From contig CBDCWP010000044.1 of assembly GCA_965223505.1 (NCBI GenBank), positions 96,001 through 160,000 on the forward strand: DNA of 64,000 bases, given 5' to 3'. The DNA comes from Planctomycetota bacterium. GTDB taxonomy: Bacteria > Planctomycetota > PLA2 > JAEUHO01. Below the pieces are notes generated by a model. The model saw only the letters and a program-made list of their open reading frames with translations. It was not told where the DNA came from and did not search any database. The translations under genes and the position numbers were made by a program. Of the stretch, positions 62,868 through 64,000 are shown piece after piece (the stretch's first letter is position 1; each line of letters begins with the position of its first letter).

Positions 62868-64000
62868 CTAGAACTCAGCCCCGAAAGCAACGACGATCTG
62901 CCGTCCGGGCTCGTTCTGCCCCGACCCGTGAATGCGGTAGTTCTCGTCGAACAGGTTCTCGACCCCCAGCGTCACGAACCGCCCCTCTCGAAGCAAGTAG
63001 CCGGCGCGGACGTTGAAGACGCTCCACGACGGCGTTCCCCCCGGAGGGATCCGGCGCGAGTCCGTCTCGTCGCGGAACGAGAGCTTGTCCGCCTTCGCCG
63101 AGTACAGCCACTCCGCCTGGCCCCACAACCGCGAAGTCGGACGCCCGTAGCGAACGGCCAGCGTGCTCGCGAACGGCATGTTGCGGCTGAGCGGGCGCTT
63201 CACGAGATTGCCGGCGGTGTCGAGCTGATCGACCTCGCTGTCCATCCACGTCGCGTTGGCGAACGCCATCCAACAGCAGTGGAATCGCCACGCGACCTCT
63301 GCCTCGAAGCCCCATGCGTACCCGTCGCCGATGTTGTCCTTGCGCACCTCCGGAACGCCCATGATCGACGCGCCGGTGGGGGAGCGAATGATCGCGTCGT
63401 CGAGCACCGTGTACCAGAGGGCCGTGTAGCCGCTGATCGCCGGGTAGTCCCACTTCACGCCGGCTTCGAACGACAGGTACTTCTCCGACGAGAGGCCCGG
63501 CGCCGGCGTCTCCACGACGCTCGTCGAGTCCAGCGCCGTCAGGTCGTGCAACGTCGGCGCACGGAACGCCTGGGACACCCCGCCGAAGACGTTCACCCGA
63601 CGGTTGATGTGATAGATCGCCCGCAGGCTCGCGACGAAGTCGGTCCAATCGTTCGAGACCGAGATGATGTTGCCCGGTGTTGCCGGGTCGTTGCCCGCCA
63701 CCGCCGGATCGTCGACGCGGTCCGCCGACGCTACGGCGTGGGTCAGGCGCCCGCCCAGGAAGACGTCGAGGAAGCCGAAGCTCATCTGGTCCTGCAGGTA
63801 GACGCCCAGCAGGTCGTACGTGCCGTCATCGCCGAGCGGCCCCTGGACGTGCGAGAGCGTCGGAACCCCGGCCACCAAGTCGTCCCGGAACGTTCGGACC
63901 TCGTCGTGATAGAACTCCGCGCCGTACGTGAGCCGGCCGAAGCGCGTCGGGCTCTCGAGCTGGACTTGGACGCCGTACTGATCGACCTCGAAACCGCTCA
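62868..64000 (-). CDS. TonB-dependent receptor, C-terminal barrel part (5' end outside window)
   Basis: SQAFRAPT, EAGVK, GVENLFDENY...G...PGR, terminal Phe. Confidence 0.92.
   Translation of the reverse strand, partial: SGFEVDQYGVQVQLESPTRFGRLTYGAEFYHDEVRTFRDDLVAGVPTLSHVQGPLGDDGTYDLLGVYLQDQMSFGFLDVFLGGRLTHAVASADRVDDPAVAGNDPATPGNIISVSNDWTDFVASLRAIYHINRRVNVFGGVSQAFRAPTLHDLTALDSTSVVETPAPGLSSEKYLSFEAGVKWDYPAISGYTALWYTVLDDAIIRSPTGASIMGVPEVRKDNIGDGYAWGFEAEVAWRFHCCWMAFANATWMDSEVDQLDTAGNLVKRPLSRNMPFASTLAVRYGRPTSRLWGQAEWLYSAKADKLSFRDETDSRRIPPGGTPSWSVFNVRAGYLLREGRFVTLGVENLFDENYRIHGSGQNEPGRQIVVAFGAEF

Overview
High-GC bacterial chromosomal segment. The gene content (clustered prepilin-type genes, DUF1549/1553-like cytochrome module, PQQ-propeller giant, secreted prenyltransferase-fold protein) suggests an uncultured Planctomycetota-like organism; this is inference. 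From left to right: (1) the tail of a type IV pilus/T2SS-like operon with five prepilin-peptidase substrates; (2) a parvulin PPIase, scpB and a large SurA/PpiD-like protein carrying three GspG-like modules; (3) yidD-rnpA, a PAS kinase/NtrC pair, an HtrA protease and lexA; (4) large envelope proteins; (5) ptsN-yraN-rplS divergent from trmD-ribE; (6) a 2-kb patch with many frameshifts, probably consensus errors; (7) two copies of a structured intergenic repeat and an intact IS4-family element with an 11-bp target duplication; (8) sucCD, a cytochrome c/phosphatase-fold module, a 7xPASTA protein with DPGAT repeats and pcnB; (9) amino-sugar genes and a c-di-GMP/sigma54 signalling cluster; (10) a partial TonB-dependent receptor. 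The most striking item is missed by the ORF track. At 59291-60151 a signal peptide is followed directly by in-frame TGA-GGC-TGA and a SECIS-like hairpin, and the frame continues into a thioredoxin-like domain. This is a candidate exported selenoprotein with an N-terminal Sec-Gly-Sec motif. No rRNA, tRNA or CRISPR array was recognised.
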